Below, one piece after another: positions 52,220 through 64,000 of a stretch of 64,000 nt of DNA. Under the pieces are notes generated by a model that searched no databases, had not been told where the DNA came from, and saw only the letters and a list, made by a program, of their open reading frames with translations. The stretch is taken from NCBI RefSeq assembly GCF_006345805.1, contig NC_043000.1:33976001-34040000 (forward strand). The letters run 5' to 3'. How positions within the stretch are numbered: the first letter of the stretch is position 1; each line of letters starts with the position of its first letter. A program made the position numbers and the translations under genes. The DNA comes from Octopus sinensis (taxonomy: Eukaryota).

Positions 52220-52420
52220 CATATATAAAGTTAATCCAAACAAGAAAACACAGAAAAAAGAGAAAAAAACACAGCAACGCAGGACGTGGAACAATTAAAG
52301 TATTATTTGACGCTCAGGAAAGAAGGGAAGGAGGGTTTAACGTTTCGAGCGGAGCTCTTCGTCGGAAACAAGGAGAAGGAAAGGTCCCAAGGAGGGAAGA
52401 CAGTACGATATATATTACGA
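52220..52420 (-). mobile_element. Penelope-like pLTR fragment (family P2) with hammerhead motif at 52335-52369
   Basis: GTTT CCGACGA A GAGC-TCC-GCTC GAA ACGT T AAAC on the minus strand. Confidence 0.65.
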
Positions 52421-52586
52421 TGTACTTGCATAGCAAGTAACTTGATCTGAGATCGGGTACTGAAACAAAAACAATTGCAGCGTGGAAGATATTTGTAAGC
52501 CAAAATAACCGTTAATTTCACTTCAGTATTTTCGTTGCTTTGGAACCGCGACCTGTTCACTGACGAAACTTGGTGCTGCATCTCAG
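52421..52586 (-). mobile_element. Family P1 fragment with GTGAACA hammerhead-like core
   Basis: Homologous to 585-790; core at 52554-52560. Confidence 0.6.
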
Positions 52587-53059
52587 AGAGTAATAGTTAG
52601 TTCTTGATATGTATGTATGTATGTATGTATTGTATGTATGTATGTATGTATGTATGTATGTATGTATGTATGTATGTATGTATGTATGTATGTATGTATA
52701 TGTGAATGTATGTGTATGTACTGATATGTTTCTGTTCAAGTTGTATATATAACTCACTCTGTCGAAGGTTTTATATATATGTTCTTTTTACCACTGTCTA
52801 AAGGTGGATACAATATCTTAGATACAGACATGCAAATACCTACATACCTGTACTTCTGTACAAGCACACACAATTACATAAACACGTATACGCAAACATA
52901 TATATATATATATATTATATATATATATATATATAATCTTGCAGTATACTCGTATATTCGTTTATCCATCTACACACACACACATGTGTTTGTGTGTGTG
53001 TGTCTATTTTCACAGACAACGACTAAACCCAAATATTTTCTTTTTTTTTTTGTATTTAT

Positions 53060-53443
53060 TTTGTAAATTTGGGGGATTATAATCTCCAAAATCGCTCCCA
53101 GTACGCAATTGGTACTTATTTCATCGATCACGAAAAAATGGAAGACGAAATCGAAATCAGAGAAATTTGAACTAAGGCATATAAATACGGACGAAATGTT
53201 TAGCGGCATTTTGTCCGGCATGCTAACGGTTCTTTTCTACTCTAGTCACAAGGCCCGAAATTTTGGGAGAGAGGGCCAGTCGATTAGATCGACCCAAGTT
53301 CGCAGCTGGTACTTAATTTATCGATCTCGAAAGGATGAAAGGCAAAGTCGACCTCGACGGAATTTGAACTCAGAACGTAAAGACAGACGAAATACCGCTA
53401 AGAATTTTACCCGGTGTGCTAACGATTCTGCCAGCTCGCCACC
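53060..53443 (-). mobile_element. Two tandem family A SINEs
   Basis: 53232-53443 is near-consensus; 53060-53230 is diverged. Confidence 0.8.
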
Positions 53444-53836
53444 TTATTAACTTGATATACTGTTCTGCATTCAACGATGTCTGTGATCGACTGACGTCAA
53501 TGTTAAACTCGTTGAAGTGTGAACAGAGTTAAAATTTCCCGAGACATTAGAAAGGCTATCATTGAGCAACGATGCAAACAGATTCGATTACAGAAATAAC
53601 AAAAGAGATCAAGGTTTTTTTGTTCTTTTTCTATTTATTGATGTCACACTATAAATATAACAGTTGAAAATATATTTCATTTATTTGCTTATTTTATTTC
53701 TCAAGTGGTGACATCTAGCGTCGTTGAAGGAACAAACAATCACTGATTGAGTAAGAATCTTTGACAATCATAGTGATCAGGAAATGTCTAATTCGATACA
53801 CGTTTTCAGTCTTGTTTGCTGATTTTATATCTTCTA

Positions 53837-53890
<54 letters not shown>

Positions 53891-54958
53891 GCAAGCTTCC
53901 GCAGAACTTCTGTCGACCAAATTCTACTGCCAAAACATTCGGGTTCAACTGTCGGCTATGACAGAAGATACTCAAACTGCCGTGCAGTGGGCTCGAACTT
54001 AAATCGCATAATTGCCGTGTATGCTCCTTGATCTCTTCTGCGCCTATATTTAATAATCAATAAACCTGGGATTCCGGTGGTAGAGTGATGTATCATGCAA
54101 GCCATACGGCTTGTCACTGATTATCTCCCTTGACGCTCTTGTATTAATAACAGCAAACACTACGTGAGAAAAGACTTCAACTCCCGCTGCTGCTGCTGAA
54201 TTTCTACAAACCTCAAGCGGGATCCTCCTCTCCCATTAGGATGCTAATCTGGGTTGGAGCTGGGTGCTGCAGCTGTTGCCGTCCTTCAGTCTGATCGCCA
54301 ATGATTTACTCACATTTTAGTCTGTAATTCACAGACATATCTGCACATCAGAATCCCTTCCTCTCACGTTCACCCACCACACCTATCTCTCTTCTTGTCT
54401 CCATCCATATAATTTTTTCACATTATTTACATTATTTACGTTTGACAGAACAAGGGGTGCTAGATTCCCTTGTTCGAAAATATAAGGATATAACGACACA
54501 AATTGTGTCGTATAGCCAGCTGGAGACGATGTTTCCTGGGGCTAAATTACAGCAACATTAGTCCTAAACCAGGACTGCCATGTTATGTTGGCAAACAATC
54601 TTTACTCCAAAGTATAGTTGCTGAATACCTCACGCTGTGAGATTTTAAAATAGTAATTTTTTAAGGTACAATTCATTTTTGCCAGCTAAGTGGATTGGAA
54701 CAACATGAAATAAAGTGTCTTGCTCAAGAATACAACGAACTCACAACGCTACGATCATGAGCCGAATACCACAACCACTAAGCGATGTACCCTTGCCCGT
54801 TGCGAGGAACCAAAACAATAACGTAACCATTCATTCGTCGATACGTTCTCACAAATTCGAACGTGAATTGAGGATGGCTTTGAACGAAGAGATACACTAA
54901 GATCGAAAGACTGAAGAGTCTCAATGAATTCTGTGTGATGAGCACACATCGTCTAAAA

Positions 54959-55010
54959 CAGTGGTTCCCAACCTGTGGTCCGCAAAAGTAGTACTGGGGT
55001 TCCGTGAACT
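54959..55010. mobile_element. hAT (Charlie-like) terminal fragment
   Basis: CAGTGGTTCCCAACCTGTGGTCCGC TIR-like end, preceded by GTCTAAAA (resembles the NTCTAGAN target preference); no partner TIR found. Confidence 0.5.
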
Positions 55011-55014
55011 AAAT

Positions 55015-56249
55015 TCAAAATTTCATATGCATATACCCATGGTCCGGCTCTGATTTAGGTTCTGGGATTGTAATCTCTTGTGGGCCAGTGTACCCTGTAA
55101 GATTTACTCTCAGCTTTGGGCGTTGGTAGAGCAGGGCTTGGAATTTTCCAGCATTAAACTGCATATTATTGTCCTCAGCCCATCTGTGAATTGAGTCCAA
55201 CTCCTGCTGCAGGTGTACAACACCGTTAGGGTTTTGAATTTTCTGCGATACTTTCATATCGTCTGTGTAGCTTGCACGGGTGGCTATCCGGGCAACTGAG
55301 GACATATGAAAGGGCCACTATGAAAAGCATTGGTTCCAAGACAGTGCCCTGAGGAACCCCACTCACTATTTGTGTTTTCTTTGATGTGGCTCCATTAGCC
55401 ACTACTGCCTGACTCTTATCTTTCAGAAAGTCATGTAACCACTCTCCGAGTTTTCCAGCTATGCTGAGATCACGCAGTTTGTGGCATATCATACCATGAT
55501 CCACTTTGTCAAAAGCTTTTGCAAAATCAAGGTAGATTACGTCCACATTTGAATTGTTGGGTAACTGCCTCAACGCCCAGTCATAATGTTGTAAGAGTCA
55601 GGCAGCTCCTACCTGGTCGAAAACCATGCTGGGTATCACTCAACAAGTTATTTTCTTCAAGGAACGCGACTAGTTTCCCTCTGACTAACCATTCCATGAC
55701 TTTGCTGATGTGTGAAGTCAGAGAGATAGGCCTATAGATTTTGGCTACTGCTCTGCTTCCCCCTTTATAGATTGGACGTATTCTGTCCTTCAGCATGCTT
55801 AGCAGCCTGCCATTTGCAAGAAAGGTCTGGAAGAGAATCTGCAGTGGATTCGCAAGGGCACGCTTACATGATTTGAGGATGATTGCTGGGAAACCTTCAG
55901 AACCAACAGATGGGTTTGCGTCCACCTCATCTATGGCTAGTAATATATTTACTTCACCAATGTCTATGTAATCCATCGTAACTGCCTCGCTGGTTATAGG
56001 TGAGGCGGCGAAGAAATCTACTGGTTCGTTCACTTGTTTGTGTTCCGGGGTGGTAAAGAAGCTTTTGAACCGGTCGTTCGGTACCTCACTGATCCTGGTT
56101 GGGTTATCTGTAAGGGAGCCATCCTTTTGGAAGAGGGGTCCTATTTTGCAGCGTACTGAGGCTGTTTCTTTGGCATAATGAAAGAAGGCCTTTGAGTTTG
56201 ACTTAATGTTTCTTATAACCCAGGCTTCTTTGTCTGCTCTCTCCCTCAT
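55015..56249 (-). pseudogene. LINE reverse transcriptase, frameshifted
   Basis: YRPISLTSHISKVME, QHGFRPGRSC, YLDFAKAFDKVDH, GVPQGTVLEP and YTDD motifs. Confidence 0.9.
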
Positions 56250-56589
56250 ATAGGATTGTTGCAGGTTTGTTTTTACTCTCCATCAGTGTTGTTTTTATGC
56301 AGGACCTTTCATACTTTTAGAGTGTTGATTGAAGCGATTTGCAACCTTCATCCGTCGTCTCATGAGGATCTTCCTCTCCTTTGGAATCTTGTTCCTTTTT
56401 GTGTTGGCCTTGTGCTCTGGGGCATATTTCTGGCATATGGTTTGCAAAGCAGACATGAAATAGTCTAGTTTCATGCCAATGTCTGGTGTGGAGAGACATT
56501 TCGGCCAGTCCTGTCTGAGGATCTCTTTTTGGATCGATTTCCAGTCTGCTTTATGGAAGTTCAGATTGGAGAGATTTTAGGCTGTTTTG

Positions 56590-57240
56590 TCTCTGGCTAC
56601 TTTTGGTCCATACATAGACAGACTCTATCATGTGATCTGAAACTAATGTCGGCGTCACTTTTACATCATGAACGATGTCTGTATTGTTCGTGAAGCAGAG
56701 ATCCGGAATGTTATTCGCCCTAGTTGGTCTGAGTACAACTTACTCCATGAATAGGGTATTGGTGAGTTTGAGCAGGGACTCCACTTGTACTTGTTTGCAA
56801 TGAATCATTCCTGAGAGCATTTGACATTGGGGAAGTTGAAATCACCCATTAAAAAATATGTTCACGTGGTGTCCCAGTTGCATGAGGATTTCTTCAATTC
56901 TTGTGAGGCAATCTTCAAACTTGCCTATGTGCTTTGGAGCATCCGGTGGGCAATATACATTGCATATGACTATATTGTGTTGTCTTATGTATATAATTAG
57001 AGTGTCACATACCGAATTTGAGTATGACTGTAGGATCTGGGGTGTGAGGTCTCCAAGGATGTATACAGCAACTCCACCATGGCTTATTTCCTTTCTGTCT
57101 GTTCGCAGTATGGCATGTTTTGGTACGTATACTTCTGCATCCTCTATATTAGGGCTCAGATGAGTTTCCCCGAGTGCTATGCATAGGGCTTGATTGTATG
57201 CCGCAAGATCTCTCAGGAAAGAAAGTTTGCTTTTGCCCCC
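56590..57240 (-). pseudogene. LINE AP-endonuclease domain, frameshifted
   Basis: LNIGG, GETHL, RTDR...GGVAVYI and NVYCPP motifs. Confidence 0.85.
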
Positions 57241-57280
57241 AATATTTAGTAAAGATATTGGCGTGACGACTGTGCAGGCG

Positions 57281-57722
57281 TTAGGGGTGGCCATCCCGTG
57301 CGGTGGTCTTGCGCAATGGTGGGCAAGGTTCTTGTTTGCGCTTGATGTAGCCAGGGTACTGCATTTGCATATTTTCTCTTTGGAAATGATTGGTGCCTTT
57401 CCTCAGGGAAATATTTCTCCTTAAGGCCCCTGCAGCTTTAGTGGGGTCTTGGGTGAACAAACCGGCAGTTTGTACCGTCTTCCCCATGCCAACATTTGCC
57501 TTGCAGGCAAAATTTGTATGACGTTGTCTTCACTCCAAATTTTCTCTCCTCTAGAGTTTCGGATTCTCTCGGAGCCTCCATATTTGAGTTGTTTTTCTTT
57601 TTTTTTTGTTTGATGGTTTTGGATTTGGGTTTTAGTTTTAGTTGTTTCATCTTTTCCTTTTCTTTTCTCTCCCCTTCCTTCTGTGTGTTTGTGCTCATAG
57701 TCTTTCCTTCCTTTACTTGCAT
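57281..57722 (-). pseudogene. LINE ORF1 fragment with CCCH-like zinc finger
   Basis: YKFCLQGKCWHGEDGTNCRFVHP. Confidence 0.6.
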
Positions 57723-57840
57723 GGCTCTGGTTGTCCATAGGAGTGAGGGCTACTCTTTTGTGGGACCACTGGCACAGAGGGACTTCTGGCTGTTGCTTCC
57801 TCATATTCTCTATCCTTATCAGGATATATATATATCCTCG

Positions 57841-57949
57841 TAAGGGATTGTTAATAGAAATCCAGATGCCAAAGGATAAGCATGCATATAATATATATAT
57901 ATATGCATGCTTATCCTTTGGCATCTGGATTTCTATTAACAATCCCTTA
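57841..57949. repeat. Perfect 49-bp inverted repeat with an 11-nt AT loop
   Basis: TAAGGGATTGTTAATAGAAATCCAGATGCCAAAGGATAAGCATGCATAT and its exact reverse complement. Confidence 0.95.
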
Positions 57950-57962
57950 TATGTATATATAT

Positions 57963-58620
57963 ATAGTTGAAATTTACAGAAAAACAAAAGATGATTATAG
58001 GTGTATAAACAACAAGCAGGTGTATTAGTTTGACGCTCGGGAAGGTGAGAAAGTCTTTCACGTTTCGGGCCTACGCTCTTCAACAGAAAGGAACAAGAGG
58101 AAATAAACAGAGAGAGAATAAAAAAACTTGTGGATTTAGCGGTCAATTAAAAGGGGTCCGTGGGTAAACTCATTTAAATAAAGGGAGTCCTTGGTACTGG
58201 AAAAGTTGAGTCTAAAAGGTGGAGATGTTCTCCGATGACAAAGAACTAAAGTAACCAGCAAATTTATGTTCGAATCTGGCCGAGAGTATTAAGAATGAAA
58301 TAAATACATTTGAGAGAAAACTGTCTTCTCAATGGCCTCTCTTTAATGACACTGAATAATAATCTGACAACATATGGACTCCACCGAACGGCTGTATGGC
58401 TGTTGAGTAGAAGAGTGTGTGGGTTTGAAGTAGGAAGTCAATTTAGATTGAGAAGTATATCAAGACGAAGGATATAGTCTAGAGGTGAGACAAGTCAAAC
58501 CTAAATCTAAAGACAGCTTTATAAAACTTTATCGGTGAGATTATATGTCAACAGATATTAGATTTCCTCTAAGCAGTGTGTGTTTAGGGGAGAGAAATAT
58601 CACCGATATATTTAGAGAGG
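57963..58620 (-). mobile_element. Penelope-like element 3' remnant: family P3 pLTR (hammerhead-like 58055-58090) with degraded upstream sequence
   Basis: The pLTR is homologous to the 8285 and 35548 copies. Upstream minus-strand traces such as CIYFI and GEHL are weakly GIY-YIG-like. Confidence 0.5.
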
Positions 58621-58922
58621 TGCACAGTTACAAAAGGGTGGGGGCTAGAGTAAATGTATTTGTAGATGAATGGGTTTGAAATATATATTATCTACCTCCC
58701 AACCTCTGTGTGTGTATGTATGTATAGATATGTACAAACACACACACACGCACACGTAAATATATAAGAATGCATGTATTTATTATGTATATATGTGTGA
58801 GGCGGGGTGGGAGAAGAAGCGAGAGTGCGTGGAAAGCAAGCAGTTATTAATTTCATTGTCAAAGCTATATACATGCAAAAGTATATTTCTTTGATGCAAA
58901 CACACGCGCGTACACATACACG

Positions 58923-58967
<45 letters not shown>

Positions 58968-59937
58968 ACATGTATATATATACATGTATATCCATGTATG
59001 TATATATATATATATAAAATATATATTACACACACACATACACGTGTATATATATATATGATATATATTCCAGTGCCATGTCTGATGTGGGGTCCATCAG
59101 AAATAGGACACGCAAGAAAAACGAACTAAAATCGAATGTTCATGTTTCATGATTTATATTAATTGTAATCGATTTTTATTTTGTTTCTCTCCAAAAGTGA
59201 TTGAAGCTCGTGCGATCACTCCATGAAGACATAGGTGTACATACACACACACTGTTTGCATGTATTCATATATATACGTCTCTCTCACTCCTCTCTCTCT
59301 CTGTATATATATATATATGTACATATATACACACACACATATATACGTGCACCCATTCATACATATGTGTGCATAAATGTTTACATACATACATATACAT
59401 ACATATACATACATATACACACCTACACACACACACACACACGTATACACAAACACACACATACACATACACACAATTTAATATTAAATAAGTTTCTAAC
59501 CACCTCCGTGATCTAATCAAGCAATAAAATTCCATTGCTACAACCATTAGTGTTGAGAACAATCGTTTTTGAAATTATTAATTTTGATTAAAACGAATGC
59601 CAATGACCATCCCGAATAATTTTTTTTTATTAAATTAAGTTAATTAAATATAGAAAACAGTGGGATATGTGTTCTTTGGCAGTGTGAGGGCCTGACTCCA
59701 AATATGTTTCAGTCTTATTTAGATTCTACAGCGAATCAGAGCCTAACAGTAGTTGTAGATCTTTGAACGACAGAAGAAACATTTGAGATTTTAGGCAATG
59801 AACACAGAATGGTGTTAAAACTACGATAAATGTCTGTGAGTCTTCGAAAGTATAAAGGCATGTGTGTGTATGCGAGAGGCAGTCATTCACACGTCTATCG
59901 AGCTAAACTTACTCGTTCGTGTGTGTGTGTATATATT

Positions 59938-59968
<31 letters not shown>

Positions 59969-59980
59969 ATATGTTTGTGT

Positions 59981-60014
<34 letters not shown>

Positions 60015-60509
60015 CATACATACATATACATACATACATACATACATACATACATACATACATACATACAACAACATAATATGTGCATATGTGCGTGTGT
60101 ATGTATGTGTGTGTGAGTATAAGTGTGGATAATTATATATATGTTTGTGTTTATATATATATACATACGTACATACATACATATATACAGGTGATCTAAA
60201 CAATTAGGTACGCTAGGTAAGTGCTGTAACAGATTACTGGGCCTCTTTTATTCTTCTCTCTTTCCATCTCCTTATTCTTTCACTCCCTTCCTCGATGTTG
60301 TCATCCTATTGATATATACCATTCTCATTTTCCATATCCCCCCCCCCCATTTGTCTCTGATGACGGAATATCTCATACTCGAGGATATCCCAGAAACAGC
60401 TGTAGGATTTTGAATGTCTTTCTGTAATAATATTGTATATGACTTGAAATGTTTGCCTTGCCTTAATGTTTGACGTCCTGTTTAACAATTATATCTATCT
60501 ATCTGTCTG

Positions 60510-60588
<79 letters not shown>

Positions 60589-60618
60589 GGCTATCTATCT
60601 ATCTATATCTATATATAT

Positions 60619-60649
<31 letters not shown>

Positions 60650-60656
60650 CATATAC

Positions 60657-60707
<51 letters not shown>

Positions 60708-60726
60708 ATATATATGTATATATATA

Positions 60727-60759
<33 letters not shown>

Positions 60760-60785
60760 GGTTGTGTGTGTGTGTGTGTGTGTGG

Positions 60786-60816
<31 letters not shown>

Positions 60817-62232
60817 CATACATACATATATGCACACACTGCATAACTGTATTGGTCACATCAATTTTAGAGGATACATTCATAGAAAACCTAACAATTA
60901 TTCAAAGGCCCGACCTGCCCAGAAGCATTTGCAGCTGATATTAATTTATTCCCCATCAGTTTTGCTGTAGAATACAACCGTCCTTTACTCTTTTGGCTCT
61001 GAAGTAGGAATTATCTCACGCGATCAGGTGACCGAACAACAATGAGCTGTTTTTGTTTTTTTGCTTTTTTTTTTGTCATGTGACAGACACTGAGTTTTTG
61101 TTTCCAATTGCTACCGAATGATGAGTGTGACTGAGATGATAGAATGGTTAAATACACAGAAAAGGTGCCGCGGTTCGGCCATTGATTTTATCGTTTATAA
61201 ACAGTTTTCTTCATTTCGTTTCTCGATAAAACTGAACCCCCAATACTCACCGACTCCATAGAGTTGACATATTCTCAGTTTTGCACAGCTAGATAGCTTC
61301 AGATTTGATAGTCTGGCGTACGTCACGGTCTAATAATGTGGGATATCAGTTTGGCTAGTTAATTGATACCTAGCGGTGAACCAGACCATAACATCTTACA
61401 GATGAGAATCATTGGGTACAAGTTCAAAGGAATTAGTGACGTTACATTATCTAGTTTCATGGTTTATCCTTATAAGTTTAGAATCGATCAAAATGGGGTC
61501 ACTGCTTCTGAGCCCAGAATTATTAACACTTCAGATACTAACACTGCTCACTTGAAAACTATTTACTTTTTTTGTAAAAAGAATCTTCTCCCGGAGAGAT
61601 AAGGTTTATTATTTTTTCAATCCTTGACATTTTTCTGGTTATCTTCATCAAAATACTTCTTCCACACCGCCATTTTCACTACCTCAAGCACAGTATTATC
61701 AATACAAACTTAGTTCCATCCACGACCACGACCACCACTACCACCGCCAAGATCACTATTATCACTTCCATGACCCAAAACCGCCGCCCCCGCCGCAACC
61801 ACCACCACCGCCGCCGCCGCAGCCGCCACCGCCACCGTCGTCACCACCACTACCACCACCACCGTCACCGCATCGTCAGCAGTTATTACCTCTACATCTC
61901 CTCCTCATCTTCCACTCGATCAATTTATTTATTTATTTCGTTACATATTTCACTTACACATTTTTGTTTTATTTTTCAAAAGAAACATTTTTACCAAATT
62001 CCATTAATGGAAATGACTTTCTTTAATGAATTACTTTTCTTCTCAAGAATTACTTTCTCCAAATGAAAAAAAAAAAAAAAAGAAATCTTAGAAATAATGT
62101 CAAAGAAATATTAAAATGGAAACAGATTCTGGTTCAGTCAACCAGAAATTCTAAAGATTCTTCATCAAAAAGTTTTCAGTTTTGATAGAAAATATCTCAG
62201 AGTTATTTTAATGATTGATATTATGAAATACA

Positions 62233-62590
62233 GCAGCCGGGCGAAATGCTTAGCGGCATTTCGTTTGTCTGCACCTTCTGAATTCGCATTCCGCCGAGGT
62301 CGACTTTGTTTTTTCATCCTTTCCGGGTCGATGAAATAAGTACCAGTTACACACTGGGGTTGATGAAATCGACTATCTCCCTATATTAGAAAGGATTATT
62401 AAATATAACAACGAGCTGGCAGAATCGTTAGCATCCCGTCCGTTTTTACATTCTGAATTCGAACTCCGTTGAGGTCGACTTTGCCTCTCATCCTTTTTGG
62501 AATCCATAAAATAAGTACCAGTCATATACTCGGTTTCATGTAATCGACTTCTTTCTCCGAACTTGCTAGCCTTGTGTCAAAATTTCACAC
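62233..62590 (+). mobile_element. Two diverged family A SINEs
   Basis: Consensus matches at 62233-62400 and 62412-62590. Confidence 0.75.
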
Positions 62591-63259
62591 TAATATTTAG
62601 ATTATTAATTAGTATCTATATTAATCGATGTTAGGAAGTCGTGAGTAGGACACGGTTTAAAATACCTTTCAATTTATAGGTTCTGAGTTCGAATCCCATA
62701 AAAATCAACACTTTCTTTCATTCTTCTAGGACGTCAGTGAAATTCCCCACTCCCCCAAGAGGCTGCCTTTTTGGCATATAAGAAGTCAGAAACAAAGGAA
62801 TTATTGGAGTTGACAGGAACAAAAAAAAATACCAATTCTCACACACCGTACTCGACTTCAAACACCACACAAGATTTTAGGACCAATAGCTGTAATCTGC
62901 TTCAGAACCACACACTTAGCTGTTCTTGAAGATCCCACACTGTACTTTACATCCAGATCACACACACAATTTAGCCTACGTATTGTACTGTATTTAAAGA
63001 TCACGGAATGTAATGTACTTGGGAACCTTTATTCTGCTCCCTCTTCATCCCTTGTCTCCAAAATCAATCCCTAATATCATGAATGTTACCTTTCAAATGT
63101 TTCGAGATTCCAAAATAAGATTCAGTCAATTAAATCATTAAATTGCTGTAATTCAATCAATAAACATAATTTAGTTTGTACATCTCATTACTTAACAGTA
63201 ATATTTGTATGTCCCTGACTACAACTGTATTTCTCAGCACAACACCAGTTATATCTTCC

Positions 63260-63649
63260 TCTTCTTGGAAGCACTCCGTCGTTTACGACGACGAGGGTTC
63301 CGGTTGATCCGAATCAACGGAACAGCCTGCTCGTGAAATTAACGTGTAAGTGGCTGAGCACTCCACAGACACGTGTATCCTTAACGTAGTTCTCGGGGAT
63401 ATTCAGCGTGACACAGAGAGTGACAAGGCCGGCCCTTTGAAATACAGGTACAACAGAAACAGGAAGTAAGAGTGAGAGAAAGTTGTGGTGAAAGAGTACA
63501 GCAGGGATCACCACCATCCCCTGCCGGAACCTCGTGGAGCTTTAGGTGTTTTCGCTCAATAAACACTCACAACGCCTGGTCTGGGAATCGAAACCGCGAT
63601 CCTATGACCGCGAGTCCGCTGCCCTAACCACTGGGCCATTGCGCCTCCA
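63260..63649 (-). mobile_element. Full-length SINE family C with target-site duplication
   Basis: Complete tRNA-like head TGGAGGCGCAATGGCCCAGTGGTTAGGGCAGCGG. Direct repeat CCAGTTATATCTTCC at 63245-63259 and 63647-63661. Confidence 0.9.
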
Positions 63650-64000
63650 GTTATATCTTCCACCACGCCGAGAACACAACTACAGCACCAGAACACGATA
63701 TCTCACAAGAGACCGAAACGTTTAAAACACAAAATTATGTTAAGGCAGAAAAGCTTTAAAGTTTTCACAGATTTCAATTTAAAAAACAAACACGATGATA
63801 TCTCTTGGAATGAAAAGGGACGTGTTTCCAGGCAAAGTGACTCGATACAATTAATTTTAAATGGATTTTAATTAAATACCTATTTAGGAGACGACATATT
63901 ATTCATTCTCCGATGGGATTTGAACTTATGAATATTTGTTAAAACTTGGTACAAAAAACGGTGTTTTTGTTTATCTTCATTGTAAAACGTTGCAATTGAA

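Larger units (their letters stand above)
55012..57805 (-). mobile_element. Decayed CR1/L2-group LINE, 3'-truncated
   Basis: ORF1, APE and RT fragments in the correct order with frameshifts and stops. Confidence 0.9.

Noticed and set aside
54491-54516. ACGACACAA-A-TTGTGTCGT palindrome
   Set aside because: Only 9-bp arms; plausible by chance in 64 kb.
60190-60225. CAG|GTGATC...CTAG|GTAAGT possible 26-nt microexon
   Set aside because: No pyrimidine tract (preceded by TATA/CATA repeats) and not frame-preserving.

Overview
Repeat-saturated, AT-rich eukaryotic DNA. The SINE repertoire and extreme microsatellite load point to an Octopus (coleoid cephalopod) genome; this is inference from recalled repeat families, not a search. 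No host protein-coding gene can be identified with confidence, and most ORFs in the track are translations of microsatellites. The window holds dozens of tRNA-derived SINEs from at least 5 families, a decayed CR1/L2-group LINE (55.0-57.8 kb), Tx1/L1-type and R4/RLE-type LINE fragments, Penelope-like (PLE) remnants, a Tigger-like MITE, a hAT end, several foldback elements and a 100-N gap. The main hidden signal is a set of minimal type-I hammerhead ribozyme motifs in at least four short repeat families. These include a canonical CUGAUGA motif carried by a tRNA-headed SINE-like element and a family whose consensus has the C3:G8 core pair swapped to G3:C8. A recursive-splice-like AG|GTGAGT site at 9473 suggests that part of the window is a long plus-strand intron. 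Repeat boundaries are approximate to a few tens of bases. Family letters are my own labels.
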